Source of the DNA: Mustelus asterias
Taxonomy: Eukaryota
NCBI RefSeq assembly: GCF_964213995.1
Contig: NC_135809.1
Coordinates: forward strand, 78,430,001-78,494,000
Reading direction: 5' to 3'
Length of the DNA stretch: 64,000 nt
Shown one piece after another: positions 11,200 through 22,667 of this stretch (within the stretch, counting starts at the first letter, position 1; each line of letters opens with the position of its first letter). Below the pieces are notes generated by a model. It did no database searches, was not told the DNA's origin, and saw only the letters and a list, made by a program, of their open reading frames with translations. The position numbers and the translations under genes are program-made.

Positions 11200-13205
11200 G
11201 AGCAATGTGCACCTGCCACCCTAGAAATGTACCAGGGGCAGTGCCAAGGGGGAATGCTGAGTGGCAGTGGAGCATGAAGGGGCATGTCAGGGGTTATGGC
11301 GGAGGCGGAGTGAATGTCGGGATCTTGTTAGATCGGCGTGGATTGCTCCGGTTTTCGCACTGTTTGGGAAAATCATGGCCTAAGTGTCATTTTGGGTGGG
11401 AAAACGATGCTATCCGTGCCGGTATGTCTGGTGTGTATCAGATCTCAATCGCCCCACACTGTGAACCCCCATGTGAAACACGCCAGTATGGAGTCCCCAG
11501 GTATGTGACTCACCTGAACTGGCTGCAGCTGGGCACTGTTAATAAAAAGAAGCTGCTTTCAAACACTCCCTCTGCACTCACAGCCAGTCATGCCAGGAGA
11601 ATGGCAGAGCAGAGAGAAGATTCTAGATGCCGTGGGGCAGAGGTGGGCCACCCTGTATCCTTGAGTGGGTAGATGGCACAGAAGCAGGGGAGCCAATGCA
11701 GTCTGGGTTGCAGTGTTTGCAGCAGTTAATGACAGCAGCCTGACACTGAGGACTGGGATCCAATGTTGCAAGAAAATGAATGACCTTGTTCGAGCTGCAA
11801 AGGGTGAGTGTCCATCTGTCACATCCTGGCATCTGTCCGGTCTGTCACACCTAGAATGTCCACATCAATCCACTCTCTGACACCCCGCAGCCATCCAGCA
11901 CCCGACCCCCAGCATCTTCCTCAAATCCCTCTGGCACTCCTCATCACAATCCCTTCCTGTCGAGGCACAGTGCCGATACATGCCACCTGTTCCCAGGGGC
12001 CCACGTGCACCCTCAGGAGGAAGGAAGTGCTGAGGCCATCCCAGGTCCATCCACCTGGGAGTTTCCAGTCCTTCTGAATCCCCTGCTTCCTGAAAAAGGT
12101 GCATCTCCTGGGCAGTGGGCTGAACAATGTCACAACTACATCTGTGACACCTGAAAGTCAGCCAGGCCCCCTCAGATTTCACTCTTCAGAGGGCATCGCT
12201 GGCCACGGGGCACGCAACTCAGCAGGCCACTTTCCCCTCTGATGTGCATCCTGGGGAGTCACTTAGATATAGCGTTAAGCCATGCAAGATTAAGAAGATT
12301 TGGGAGCACTGAGAGGCACGGGTGAAGGCAGACACCATAGTTAGGGATAGGGTAATTGGCACTGTAAATAATCAGCTTTCAAGAATATTGCACCGCAAAG
12401 CCGCAACTCCTCCGTCTTTGTCCAGTTTCCCACAGGGCTTTTATCTCCCCATCTACACTCAGAATCTCCTGCAGCCCCACGGCCCAAACCCTCCCCCCCA
12501 ACCTCCAAGCAATCCCAACAGTGAGAGCCATGGAGACCCATGGCGACAGACATCCTGGAATGAAAGCCTCGTCACTCACTAAACCCTAGGCCTCACACCC
12601 CCCCCCCCCCCCCCCCCGCCATCCCCTTCACCCCCGGAGCGTTGGGTCAAACGATGATGGCCTGACCCTCACTGAGACATGGGTACGGGTGTCTGTGTGC
12701 AATCAGAGGACAGGCAGGAGTCAGACCTCAGCATCACCAGGACAGCATCACAGCTTGCCTCACAGTGAATCGTCACCACCCTCCTGTCCGGACATGTCAC
12801 TCGCTGGCGTGGCCAACACAGGCCCATCAGCCTGGTGTGATGTCAATGTGACCCTCGGAGGTGGGGGGAAGAAAATGCTGTTCTTGGTGGGAGGTGGGGG
12901 TGTGGACAAAGGTTCTGGAAGGTTAGGCAAGGGCCATGGTTTGGTAGACAGGGTTCTTAGAAGGGGGAGCAGGATTGCAGGTTTGCTTGCAGGGGGGGCG
13001 GTGGGGAGCTGCTGGAGCTGCCGGACACCAAGCCTCCTAATCAGAGCATCCGGCAGCAGTCAGGGCCTTCCTGGTCCTCCTGGCATTTTGGGCCCTTGCC
13101 ACCGCCAATACTCCAGCTCCCTGTCGGGTTCTTGCTCCACTCCCTCCTGGTCTGCCTCCACCCCAGAGGAATACACCTGGTCCTCCTCCTCCTCCTGGTG
13201 TTGTG
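11200..13205. mobile_element. Harbinger DNA-transposon remnant (Myb/SANT-like exon on +, acidic transposase-like C-terminus on -)
   Basis: About 11665-11803 translates ANAVWVAVFAAVNDSSLTLRTGIQCCKKMNDLVRAAK followed by GTGAGT, matching the W..V...VN....RT..QCRKK.NDL motif. Minus strand 13030-13200 has EEEED and DALIRRL in different frames. Boundaries uncertain. Confidence 0.65.
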
Positions 13206-13380
13206 GCTAAAATTTATCCCACATTTAACACCAATTAAAAACAGATTAACTGGTCATTTGTTTGACCTGGTTTTGTGCACTAAACTTCAGAAGAAAAGGT
13301 TTTTCATTGCTATTGAAATGCTCTGGGTTGTCCTGAGGAGATGGAAGGCAGTAAAGAAATGAAAGTTTATTCTATCTTTA
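13205..13380 (+). mobile_element. LF-SINE-like 3' fragment
   Basis: ATTTATCCC...CTGGTCATT...TTCATTG...GTCCTGAGG tail motifs, partly shared with the copy at 42250-42605. Confidence 0.5.
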
Positions 13381-13701
13381 ATGTCAATGGGTCATCATTG
13401 TAATTGGCTTATTCAATGAGTGATGAATTCTTGTCCTGTTTTGAACTTTGGTTAGATGCGAACGTGCAACCCAGATAGCAAACTTCTAGATAGATTGATG
13501 AAGAGTTCAGGTTAAACAGTAGCAGAGGGTCACTGCTGTACAGTTCATTATTTAGTTTATATTTCCTATTTTGGTGAGTTAGTAATTTTAAAATGTGATA
13601 CTTCATTAACTCTGCTAATAGTTACAAACCTGGATCTGAATTTATGATGCAAATGTGTCTGTGAGAATTAGGAGTCTCGAAGAATCTGCCTTTAACTCAA
13701 T

Positions 13702-13858
13702 AGGATGAAATTTACCTTTGTGTGATAGTATAGTGAGTTCGCAGCCTGTTTTCCATCTGGCCAGATTTTTTATTGACTACAGTGGAAAAGCTGTAACGCA
13801 GACTGCCAACTCGCCACAGGCGGTTTAACACTATCACACAAAGTCAAGATCTACCTCA
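13702..13858. mobile_element. MITE-like inverted-repeat element
   Basis: Arms CTTTGTGTGATAGT / ACTATCACACAAAG with imperfect outer TIRs. Confidence 0.6.
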
Positions 13859-14702
13859 ATAAATCTGCGAGAACTGAGAGTGCATTGCCTGGAAAGCATC
13901 TTTTATTCTTTTGAAGTTTGAACTGGGAAACAGGAAACTCAAAAGGCATCTTTCACAGTTGATCAAAGCCATCAAGGTTAAGTAACAGTTTCTTAAACCT
14001 CAACAAGATGCTTGACAAGCCCATGTCTTTTACCTTAAATGGATGGTATATCAGAACAAAGTAAGCAGGGTGAATTGATTCATGGGTTCCACTTGCTTTG
14101 CAATCAAACTGTATTTGCATAAGAACAATGGCCAGTGAGTGTGTTTGTAAGGCCCTGCTGACTACTTGTATGCTGCAGTTCAACAACTGGTTACAGTAAA
14201 ACCACATTCAGAATGACTGGTTGCACCTTAAATAATCGATATTAAAAATATAAGGGTACCTTTTAACTTGGCACAATAGTGTAAAACAAATGATAGTGAC
14301 TTTACAGCCCACTTTGTATCTCACCTGTTATTATTCCATTGACTCTAATGGAAAGTGAAATAAAGCCTGGGGCATAATGAGCAGTTAATTCAAACCCCCA
14401 TTTTACAGCATTGACTATTATTCCCGCAGACTTTTGTCTGATTCAAAATAATGGCCAGTGGGACCTCTATCCAGTGTCGTCAGAAGCAGAACAAAATTGG
14501 CTATCTGATTTGTGAAAAGAAGGAAATGCCAGCTTGATTCAATTTGGTGGTATTTTTGGTCTCTGATTTTATAGTATCTATACTTCAAACTGCCCCGCTC
14601 ACTCACTGCCCTGCACTCAACCATTTATCCTGTGAGCCCCGTTCTCACCAAACTTCATTTGCTCCTGGACCACAATCTATTGCATTCAAAATTCTTGTAC
14701 TT

Positions 14703-15052
14703 CATAGAAATCATAGAATCCCTACAGTACAGAAAGAGGCCATTCAGCCCATCGAGTCTGCACCGACCACAATCCCACCCAGGACCAACCCCCATATCCT
14801 TACCTATTTTACCCACTAATCCCTCTAACCAACGCATCTCAGGACACTAAGGGGCAATTTTAGCATAGCCAATCAACCTAACCTGCACATCTTTGGACTG
14901 TGGGAGGAAACCGGAGCACCCAGAGGAAACCCACGCAGACACGAGGAGAATGTGCAAACTCCACACAGACAGTGACCCAAGCCGGGAATCGAACCCAGGT
15001 CTCTGGAGCTGTGAAGCAGCAGTGCTAATCACTGTGCTACCGTGCCGCCCCC
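14703..15052 (-). mobile_element. HE1-type V-SINE, full length
   Basis: GGGGCGGCACGGTAGCACAGTG head, GGTTCGATTCC B box, CR1-like tail. Confidence 0.95.
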
Positions 15053-15084
15053 TTCTTAAATGTTAGTCTATCGCTAGTCTGAGC

Positions 15085-15497
15085 GCCCCTGGCAAGGCCA
15101 TCTTTTGTTGCCCATCCCTAGTTGCCCTCGAACTGAGTGGCTTGCTAGGCCAATTCAGAGGGCAGTTAAGAATCAGCCACATTGCTGTTGGTCTGGAGTC
15201 ACATGTAGGCCAAACCAGATAAGAATGGCAAATTTCGTTCCCTAAAGGACATTAGTGAACCAGATGGGGTTTTACAATAATCAATGATAGTTTCATAGTC
15301 AGAAGTTTAACAACACCAGGTTAAAGTCCAACAGGTTTATTTGGTAGCCTCATAGTTTCATAGTCACCATTACTGAGACTAGCTTTCAATTCTAGATTTT
15401 ATTAACTGAATTTAAATTTCACCACCTGCCATGGTGGGATTTGAACCCATTCCCTCAGAACATTAGGTTGAGCTTCTGGATTACTAACCCAGTGATG
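15085..15497 (-). mobile_element. Deu-domain SINE (SacSINE1/AmnSINE1-like) with a 51-bp PLE insertion
   Basis: tRNA-like head (GGTTCAAATCCCACC) and core CTGGTTCACTAATGTCCTTTAGGGAA...CATGTGACTCCAG. PLE piece 15301-15351 is flanked by a perfect 14-bp TSD ATAGTTTCATAGTC. Confidence 0.8.
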
Positions 15498-15514
15498 TTA
15501 AATCCTGTCAGATC

Positions 15515-15686
15515 AGTCAAAATCATGGAACTCCCTCCCGAACAGCATTGTGGGTGTACCTACATCACAGGGACTGCAGCAGTTCAAGAAGGCAGCTCAC
15601 CACCACCTTCTGAAGGGTATTTCTGAGGGGATGGGCAATGAATGGTGGGCCCAGCCAGTGACACCCACATTGTTTGAATGAATAAA
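15515..15686 (+). mobile_element. CR1/L2-group LINE 3' end
   Basis: TGGAACTCCCTCCC...TTCAAGAAGGCAGCTCACCACCACCTTC...GGGATGGGCAAT; same end at about 26.8, 62.2 and 63.7 kb. Confidence 0.75.
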
Positions 15687-16767
15687 TCAACACTACCTCT
15701 CCTGACCTTCCTCATCTAGGTTCCTCCGTCATCCCTCCTACCTCTGTACCCCCTTCATTTACATATATCCAGTTTACATCCTCTACTCCGGCCTCCTTTG
15801 CATTCCCCTCTGCGAAGGGAAGTCAGAATGTCACACAGTTGTATTAGCCAATGCTACGCTCAGGTCAGAGCAGAGTTCTCCTTGGCGGGGTAATTTGGGG
15901 GAATCCAGGCGCAGAAACAGAAGAAACACGTTCCAGTTCCTAGTGCTGGGCAGACCCGAAAGAACTCTCAGTTAATTCAACTAAAATAAAAACACTGAGA
16001 AGCTGGATAGAAATACCTGCTCAATAGGACGCTTTTTAGTGTATTCAGCATTAACTGCTGCTCACTCTCTCCAGCATGGTGGGCTTCATATTACTAAAAT
16101 GTGGTTGCCGAGGTGATGGGCTATTTCTACACATGTCCTCAATGTGGTTACTGTCAAGACAAATTGAGGTGTGTTAATAAGATTGACAGACTGAACTGTC
16201 GTTGGCAATTTAGAAGGGCATGTAGACCCCACTTCTGCTGAAATAATTTATGGACATACTGTTCTTTCTGAGGTTCCTTGTGTAAGTGAAGGAATCCATT
16301 GTGTTTGTTTTCCTGTAAATCTCTCTTTGTTGAAACAAGCACACTTGTCGACTGATTGGTAAGTTACTTGTACGTGCATTTAGCACTGCATTTGACACAG
16401 GCACCAGTTCTAAGTTGCAATGTCTGAACTAGGTTGCGCATGACGAGGCTGCAGGAACAGGAAGAACACCCATCAGTTTGTTGTGTGGAAGTGTAACGAC
16501 TGCTAAGGTGACAACGTCTGCAGTATTGGAGGCGGGCAGGATTGAGGGCATTATCAGGGTTTACTGCTTGGCCAAGTTCTTCATACTTCCCCAGCCACAA
16601 GCAAAGGCCAAGAGCCATCCAAAATAGGGCTGGGGTGGTGGGGCAGGGAGGCAAAAATCCATCAAAGAGTTGCCACAGCTTCCTGAGTGTTGGAGCAAAA
16701 CCAGTGGTAGACATTTAGCCTCTCATTATGAACGCTGCACATTTAATTTTAAATTGAAAGAATCATT

Positions 16768-16918
16768 GGGCCAGGTGTATAATAGATCAAGATCCGATCT
16801 CGTTCGCCTGCCACCGCTGCCAGCGAGAACGGAGAATTTGGCGTTCAGCAATAACTCCATTCACTGCAGCGGGACTGGAGAATCCCAGCTGCGGGCGAGG
16901 TCGGAGAATTCTGGCCCA
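16768..16918. mobile_element. Harbinger-related MITE
   Basis: CpG-rich, about 150 bp, ends GGAGAATTCTGGCCC like the TIR of 51119-56482. Confidence 0.55.
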
Positions 16919-16925
16919 TAGGACT

Positions 16926-17076
16926 ATAAGACATAGGAGCAGAAGTAGGCCATTTGGCCCATCAAGTCTGCTTCACTATTCAATGAGATCGCAATTGATC
17001 TGATCTTTTAATCCTCAGCTCCACCTTCCTGCCTTATCCCCATAACCCTTGTTTCCCTTACTGATTAAAAATTTGC
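16926..17076 (-). mobile_element. CR1 3' terminal fragment
   Basis: CATAGGAGCAGAAGTAGGCCATT...TCAATGAGATC...CCCCATAACCCTT CR1 3' UTR motifs. Confidence 0.75.
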
Positions 17077-17530
17077 TAAGATCATAAGGAGTAAGGGCAG
17101 AAGTAGCTGATCCACACAGACCAGTTCTCCCTACACAGGGCCTGAACCTTATTTTGTGTATGATCCCCTCCATCAGGGTGACCTGAGGAAATCAGTGATC
17201 GACAGTTCCCCTGCAGTAGATATGAGCTTTTAACTTAGCAATTAATTTGTACTTACATTCATTTTTACCATAGTGCACCCAGTAATTCTCCCTCCACTGA
17301 TAGTTTCACAAACTGTTCAAAACGTGGAGTGCTGGCCGATTTGAAACCAGCATTATGTAGAGTGAAGCACGAGATGGAATGACTCTCACACCTTCCTCTA
17401 AAATGTTTCACTTCTTTTTGGTCATTCACTTCTCTTTCAATAATCAGAATAATAAAAAAAATACTCGTAATAAATTCTAAACTTGCGCTGGGACATAACA
17501 TTCACTTGTTAAACTGGTAAGTAATAGCTT

Positions 17531-17715
17531 AGGTGAGTCAGTTAGCTCAATTGGCTGTTCGGCTGGTTCGTGATGCAGAGCGATGCCAACAGCATGGGTT
17601 CAATTCCTGTACTGGCTAAGGCTCCACCTTCCCAACCTTGTCCCTCATCTGAGGAATGGTGATCCTCAGAGAGCAAACTGTGGTCATCCGGGAATATGGC
17701 AACTCTACATTTTAC
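17531..17715 (+). mobile_element. tRNA-derived SINE, separate family
   Basis: A box TAGCTCAATTGG, B box GGTTCAATTCC, then a non-tRNA body; no intact cloverleaf. Confidence 0.65.
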
Positions 17716-18382
17716 CTAATAACTGAGCACTTACTGAAAACACTGCACCAAATCTACCTTCAAAAATGTTTCATTCCGCTGGTATAGAAGTTATCGGCAC
17801 GCTCAAAGCATGGAAGATAGAACATATAGCGTTAGTGTTTATCAATTGGTACAGTGAGCTGTAAAATGTTGGAACATGGCAACAACAACCTGTATCCTGG
17901 TAAAACCCTTCATGGTAAAACATCTCACAGGAGTGTTCTCAAACAAAATTTGACACTGAGCCACTTTTATGTATCAACTGGTAGCTACCACAAAGAGAAA
18001 AATAATGAAGTGCTACGCCAGTGGATTGCAGTAAAACACGATGCAGGTTTATTAAGAAAGTGTTGCTGGTTCCAGAACCAACACACAAAAGCCAGAAAAG
18101 CCCTCAAATCCCTCTGCTTACATCACTACAGATCACGTGACACTGTGCCAGAAGAGATGTAACCATGTTAAATGCAAAACAGCCACGTAAATAGGTATTG
18201 GAGCAGATAATCAAAAGCTTGGTCAAAGGGTAGCTTTTAATGAGTCTCTGCAAAGAGGAGAGAGAGATGTAGGGAAAGAAGTCCAGGACCTGGGGCCTAG
18301 GGTAGCTGAGTGGCCACTAATAGTGAAATAATTAAAATCTGGGAGGCCATCAGGAGGTCGGAACTGGAGGAATTTAGGGTTT

Positions 18383-18489
18383 TTTAAATTTATTAGTGTC
18401 ACAAGTAGGCTTACATTAACACTGCAATGAAGTTACTGTGAAAATCCCCCTAGTCGCCACACTCCGGCGCCTGTTCGGGTACACTGAGG
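18383..18489 (-). mobile_element. Alternative-tail V-SINE 3' end, cut by the gap
   Basis: Reverse complement of the tail at 60280-60390. Confidence 0.85.
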
Positions 18490-18689
18490 NNNNNNNNNNN
18501 NNNNNNNNNNNNNNNNNNNNNNNNNNNNNNNNNNNNNNNNNNNNNNNNNNNNNNNNNNNNNNNNNNNNNNNNNNNNNNNNNNNNNNNNNNNNNNNNNNNN
18601 NNNNNNNNNNNNNNNNNNNNNNNNNNNNNNNNNNNNNNNNNNNNNNNNNNNNNNNNNNNNNNNNNNNNNNNNNNNNNNNNNNNNNNNNN
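18490..18689. other. Assembly gap (200 N)
   Basis: Run of N. Confidence 1.
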
Positions 18690-18719
18690 CGGTAGATGAG
18701 TTGTTTGGAGGCTGATGCA

Positions 18720-19960
18720 CTAACCCTAATCCCTCGATTTCGCCTCTGCGCATTCCCAGTGAGGTCTCTCAATGTGTTCGATGCATTCCTGAATTAACCT
18801 TCACCACTTTGGCCAGGTCGGGACTCCAATGAGCGGGGATGTTGACCTCTTCAGGAACGCTATGAGGACATTCCTAAAGCATTTCCACTGTTCTCCTGCG
18901 AGTCTCCTGCCATGACTGAGTTCCGAGTGGAGCAGTTGTTCGTGAGTCTGGTGTCAGGCGTATGAACTACATAGAAATCATAGAAATCATAGAAACCCTA
19001 CAGTGCAGAAGGAGGCCATTCGGCCCATCGAGTCCACACCGATCACAATCCCACCCAGGCCCCACCCCCACATATTTTACCCACTAATCCCTCTAACCTA
19101 CGCATCCCAGGACGCTAAGGGGCAATTTTTTTTTTTAACCTGGCCAATCAACCTAACCCGCACATCTTTGGACTGTGGGAGGAAACCGGAGCACCCGGAG
19201 GAAACCCACGCAGACACAAGGAGAATGTGCAAACTCCACACAGACAGTGACCCGAGTCAGGAATCGAACCCGGGACCCTGGAGCTGTGAAGCAGCAGTGC
19301 TAACCACTGTGCTACCGTGCCGCCCATGTCCCACCCAGCGGAGCTGGTGTTGAATGATTAGCGTCTCGAAACTGGGCAAGTTGTTTAGGGAAGGGTCGCT
19401 GCTATTGGACAGCCGTTCCCGTCACTGGATTTGGAGAATCTTGCGAATGCCTCGCTGATGGGGCATCTCCAGTGCTTTGAGGTGCCTGTTGTAGGTTGTC
19501 CAAATCTTCAAAGCCGAGAGGAACATGGGGATCACTGCTACCCAGCAAACCATAACCTTAGTCTGGGGTTTGACATCCTGGTCACTAATACTCTGTTCCA
19601 CACTCGGCTGAAGGCTGAGCAGGCACATTGGAGGTGATGATGAATTTCATTCTCCACTTCTGCCTTCATTAAGAGGAGGCTCCCAAAATACAGAAAATGG
19701 TCTACATTCTTCAGGATCTTGGCATTGATCTTAATCGATGTGGGGAGGTGTTGCACTGTGGGAGCTGGTTGGAGAAGTATTTAATGAAAGGCCCATTTTC
19801 TCATATCCTTCAGAGGAGGAGTTGACAGTGACCTGGAGCTCAGTTTCTGAGTGAATGCACACACACCCACACAGCACCATCTGTATACTGCAGCTCAGTG
19901 ACTAAAGTTGGAGTGATTTTGGTTTTGGACTGAAGTCACTGTAGGTTGTACAGTTCCCAT
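18720..19960 (-). mobile_element. RTE/BovB-like LINE 3' portion, degenerate, split by a SINE
   Basis: LKNVDHFLYFGSLL, WTTYNRHLKALEMPHQRGIRKILQI, HQLRWVGH, PDTRL and QLLHSEL motifs. Confidence 0.85.
18970..19325 (-). mobile_element. HE1-type V-SINE, full length
   Basis: Highly similar to 14703-15052; (CATAGAAAT)n tail. Confidence 0.95.
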
Positions 19961-20099
19961 CTGTTGTGCACAGCTATAGGTACTGTGCCGGAGGTGAGCT
20001 GTAATATGGAACGAGAAAGAGTTGGTGTGAGACTACCTTTTTTTAACCCACTCTTCACTGAGATAGGGCCTGTGGTTGTTCCATTGGTGAACATTGGTG

Positions 20100-22078
20100 A
20101 CGAGCACGCAGATCCTGCACGGATCAGCTGGCGGGGGTATTCACAGATATCTTCAACTTCTCTCTACACCAATCTGAGGTCCCTATCTGGTTCAAGAAGA
20201 TGACCATCATCGATGTACCAAAGAAAAGCCAGGCAGCATGCCTTAATGACTATCGTCCGTTGGCTTTAACATCCATCATAAGAAGTGCTTCGAAAGGTTA
20301 GTTATGGCATGAATCAATTCTGGCCTCCCAGATTGCCTAAATCCACTATAGTTCGCCTACCGCCCACAACAGGTCCACAGCTTTTACAGATGCACCATAG
20401 AAAGCATTCTTTCTGGTTGTATCACAGCTTGTATCACAGCTCCTGCTCTGCCCAAGACCGCAAGGAACTACAAAAGGTCGTGAATGTAGCCCAATTCATC
20501 ACGCAAACCAGCCTCCCATCCATTGACTCTGTCTACACTTCCCACTGCCTCAGCAAGCAGCCAGCATAATTAAGGACCCCACTCACCCCGGACCTTCTCT
20601 CTTCCACCTTCTTCCTTCTGGAAAAAGATACAAAAGTCTGAGGTCACATACCAACCGACTCAAGAACAGCTTCTTCCCTGCTGCTGTCAGACGTTTGAAT
20701 GGACTTACTTTGCATTAAGTTGATCTTTCTCTACACCCTAGCTATGACTGTAACAGTACATTCTGCACTCTCTCATTTCCTTCTCTATGAACGGTATGTT
20801 TTGTCTGTATAGCGCGCAAGAAATAATACTTTTCACTGCATGTTAATACATGTGACAATAATAAATCAAATCAAATCAAAATCAGCAGATGCCATCTCCC
20901 TGGCCCTACACTCAACCCTGGAACACCTAGATAACAAGGACACCTATGTCAGACTATTTATTGACCACAGCTCAGCCATCAACACCATTATTCCTACAAA
21001 ACTCATCTCCAAACTCTGTGGTCTGGGGCTTGGCTCCTCCCCCTGCAACTGGATCTTGGACTTCCTAACCCACAGACCGTAATCAATAAGGACAGGCAAC
21101 AACACCTCCTCCACGATCATCCTCAACACCGGTGCCCCAGAAGGCTGTGTCCTCAGCCCCTTGCTATACTCCTTATACACCTATGACTGCGTGGCCAAAT
21201 TCCCCTCCAACTCGATTTTCAGGTTTGCTGATGATACCACCACAGTGGGTGGGATCTCAAACAATGATGAGACAGAGTACAGGAAAGAGATAGAGAATCT
21301 GGTGAACTGGTACGACAATAGTAATCTCTCCCTCAATGTCAACAAAATGAAGAAGGTCGTTATCGACTTCAGGAAGCGTAGTGGTGGACATGTCCCTGTC
21401 TACATCAATGGGGATGAAGTAGAAATGGTCGAGAGCTTCAAATTTTTAGGTTCCAGATCACCAACAACCTGTCTTGGTCCCTTCATGCCAACGCTTTAGT
21501 TAAGAAAGCCCATCAACGCCTCTATTTTCTCAGGAGACTAAGGAAATTTGGCATGTCCACTATGACTCTCATCAACTTTTGCAGATGCACCCTAGAAAGC
21601 TTTCTTTCTGGTTGTATCACAGCTTGGTATGGCTCCTGCTCTGTCCAAGACCACAATAAACTACAAAGGGTCGTGAATGTAGCTCAATCAATCACTCAAA
21701 CTAGCCTCCCATCCATTGACTCTGTCTCCATGTCCCGCTGCATTGGAAAAGCAGCCAGCGTAATTAAGGATGTCATGCACCCCAGACATACTCTCTTCCA
21801 CCTTCTTCCGTCGGGAAAAAGATACAAAAGTCTGAGGATACGTACCAACCGACTCAAGAACAGCTTTTTCACTGCTGTCATCAAACTTTTGAATGGACCT
21901 ACCTTACATTAAGTTGATTTTTCTCTACACCCTGGCTTTGACTGTAACACTACATTCTGCACTCTCTCCTTTCCTCCTCTATGAATGGTATGCTTTGTCT
22001 GTATAGCGCGCAAGAAACAATACTTTTCACTATATATCAATACATGTGACAATAATAAATCAAATCAAAATCAAATCA
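20100..22078 (+). mobile_element. Rex1/Babar LINE, 5'-truncated, containing a second Rex1 3' fragment (20382-20882)
   Basis: RT motifs ([37 protein letters not shown]); two 3' ends with (AAATC)n tails. Confidence 0.92.
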
Positions 22079-22667
22079 TCAATCATGGCTTACATGTCAC
22101 ACTAATGGGGGAGATTACAGAGGAGGAGGCCATGGTGGGATTTGAAAAACAAGGATGAGAATTGTAAAATTTTACCGAGAAGCCAGTGTAGGTCAGCAAG
22201 CACACAAGGATTGCGGTGATTCATGGAGTAGGCCCAAACCCAACCATCGGACAATTGGAAAGAGAATAAATGCAGCCTTGTCAGTGCCCCCAGAATTCTG
22301 AGAACGAATAAACTAATGATAGTTTTCGGGGTTTATCTGATTCATCTGCCTTCTTTCTACAGGAGTGAGTCAGAGTCATTATCCCTAACCATTCTGAGAG
22401 ACTAGAAACTCCACATAGTTACACAGTGAGTAACCATCACTCTGTTGAATGAACAGAAACCATTAGCATCCACTAGATCGGAATAAGCCGATTATACCTC
22501 AGGTAAATGTCCTATTCAAAGAATGACGTCTTCAACAATTCAGTTTGATCATCATACCAGGGGCCTGAATCCACAAACTCTGCCTTCAAAATGACAGCAC
22601 TGATAAGCCATCCGACCTGATGTTGAACTGGGGTGTTCTACAATGTTGGGCACCACAGGAGCAGATT

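Larger units (their letters stand above)
18195..22205 (-). mobile_element. Old L2 3' remnant in two pieces (18195-18372, 22110-22205) separated by younger insertions
   Basis: AAAAGCTTGGTCAAAG...GGGCCTAGG and GAGGCCATGG...GGATTTGAAAA...CCAGTGTAGGTCAGC motifs; similar pieces at about 56.9 and 60.5 kb. Confidence 0.5.

Noticed and set aside
17531-17610. tRNA gene
   Set aside because: A and B boxes are present but the stems are degenerate and it continues into a SINE body.
18416-18772. ORFs spanning the N run
   Set aside because: Gap artefact.
22363-22425. 63-nt exon-like segment with a good acceptor and GTGAGT donor
   Set aside because: Stops in all frames; could only be non-coding, and there is no evidence for that.
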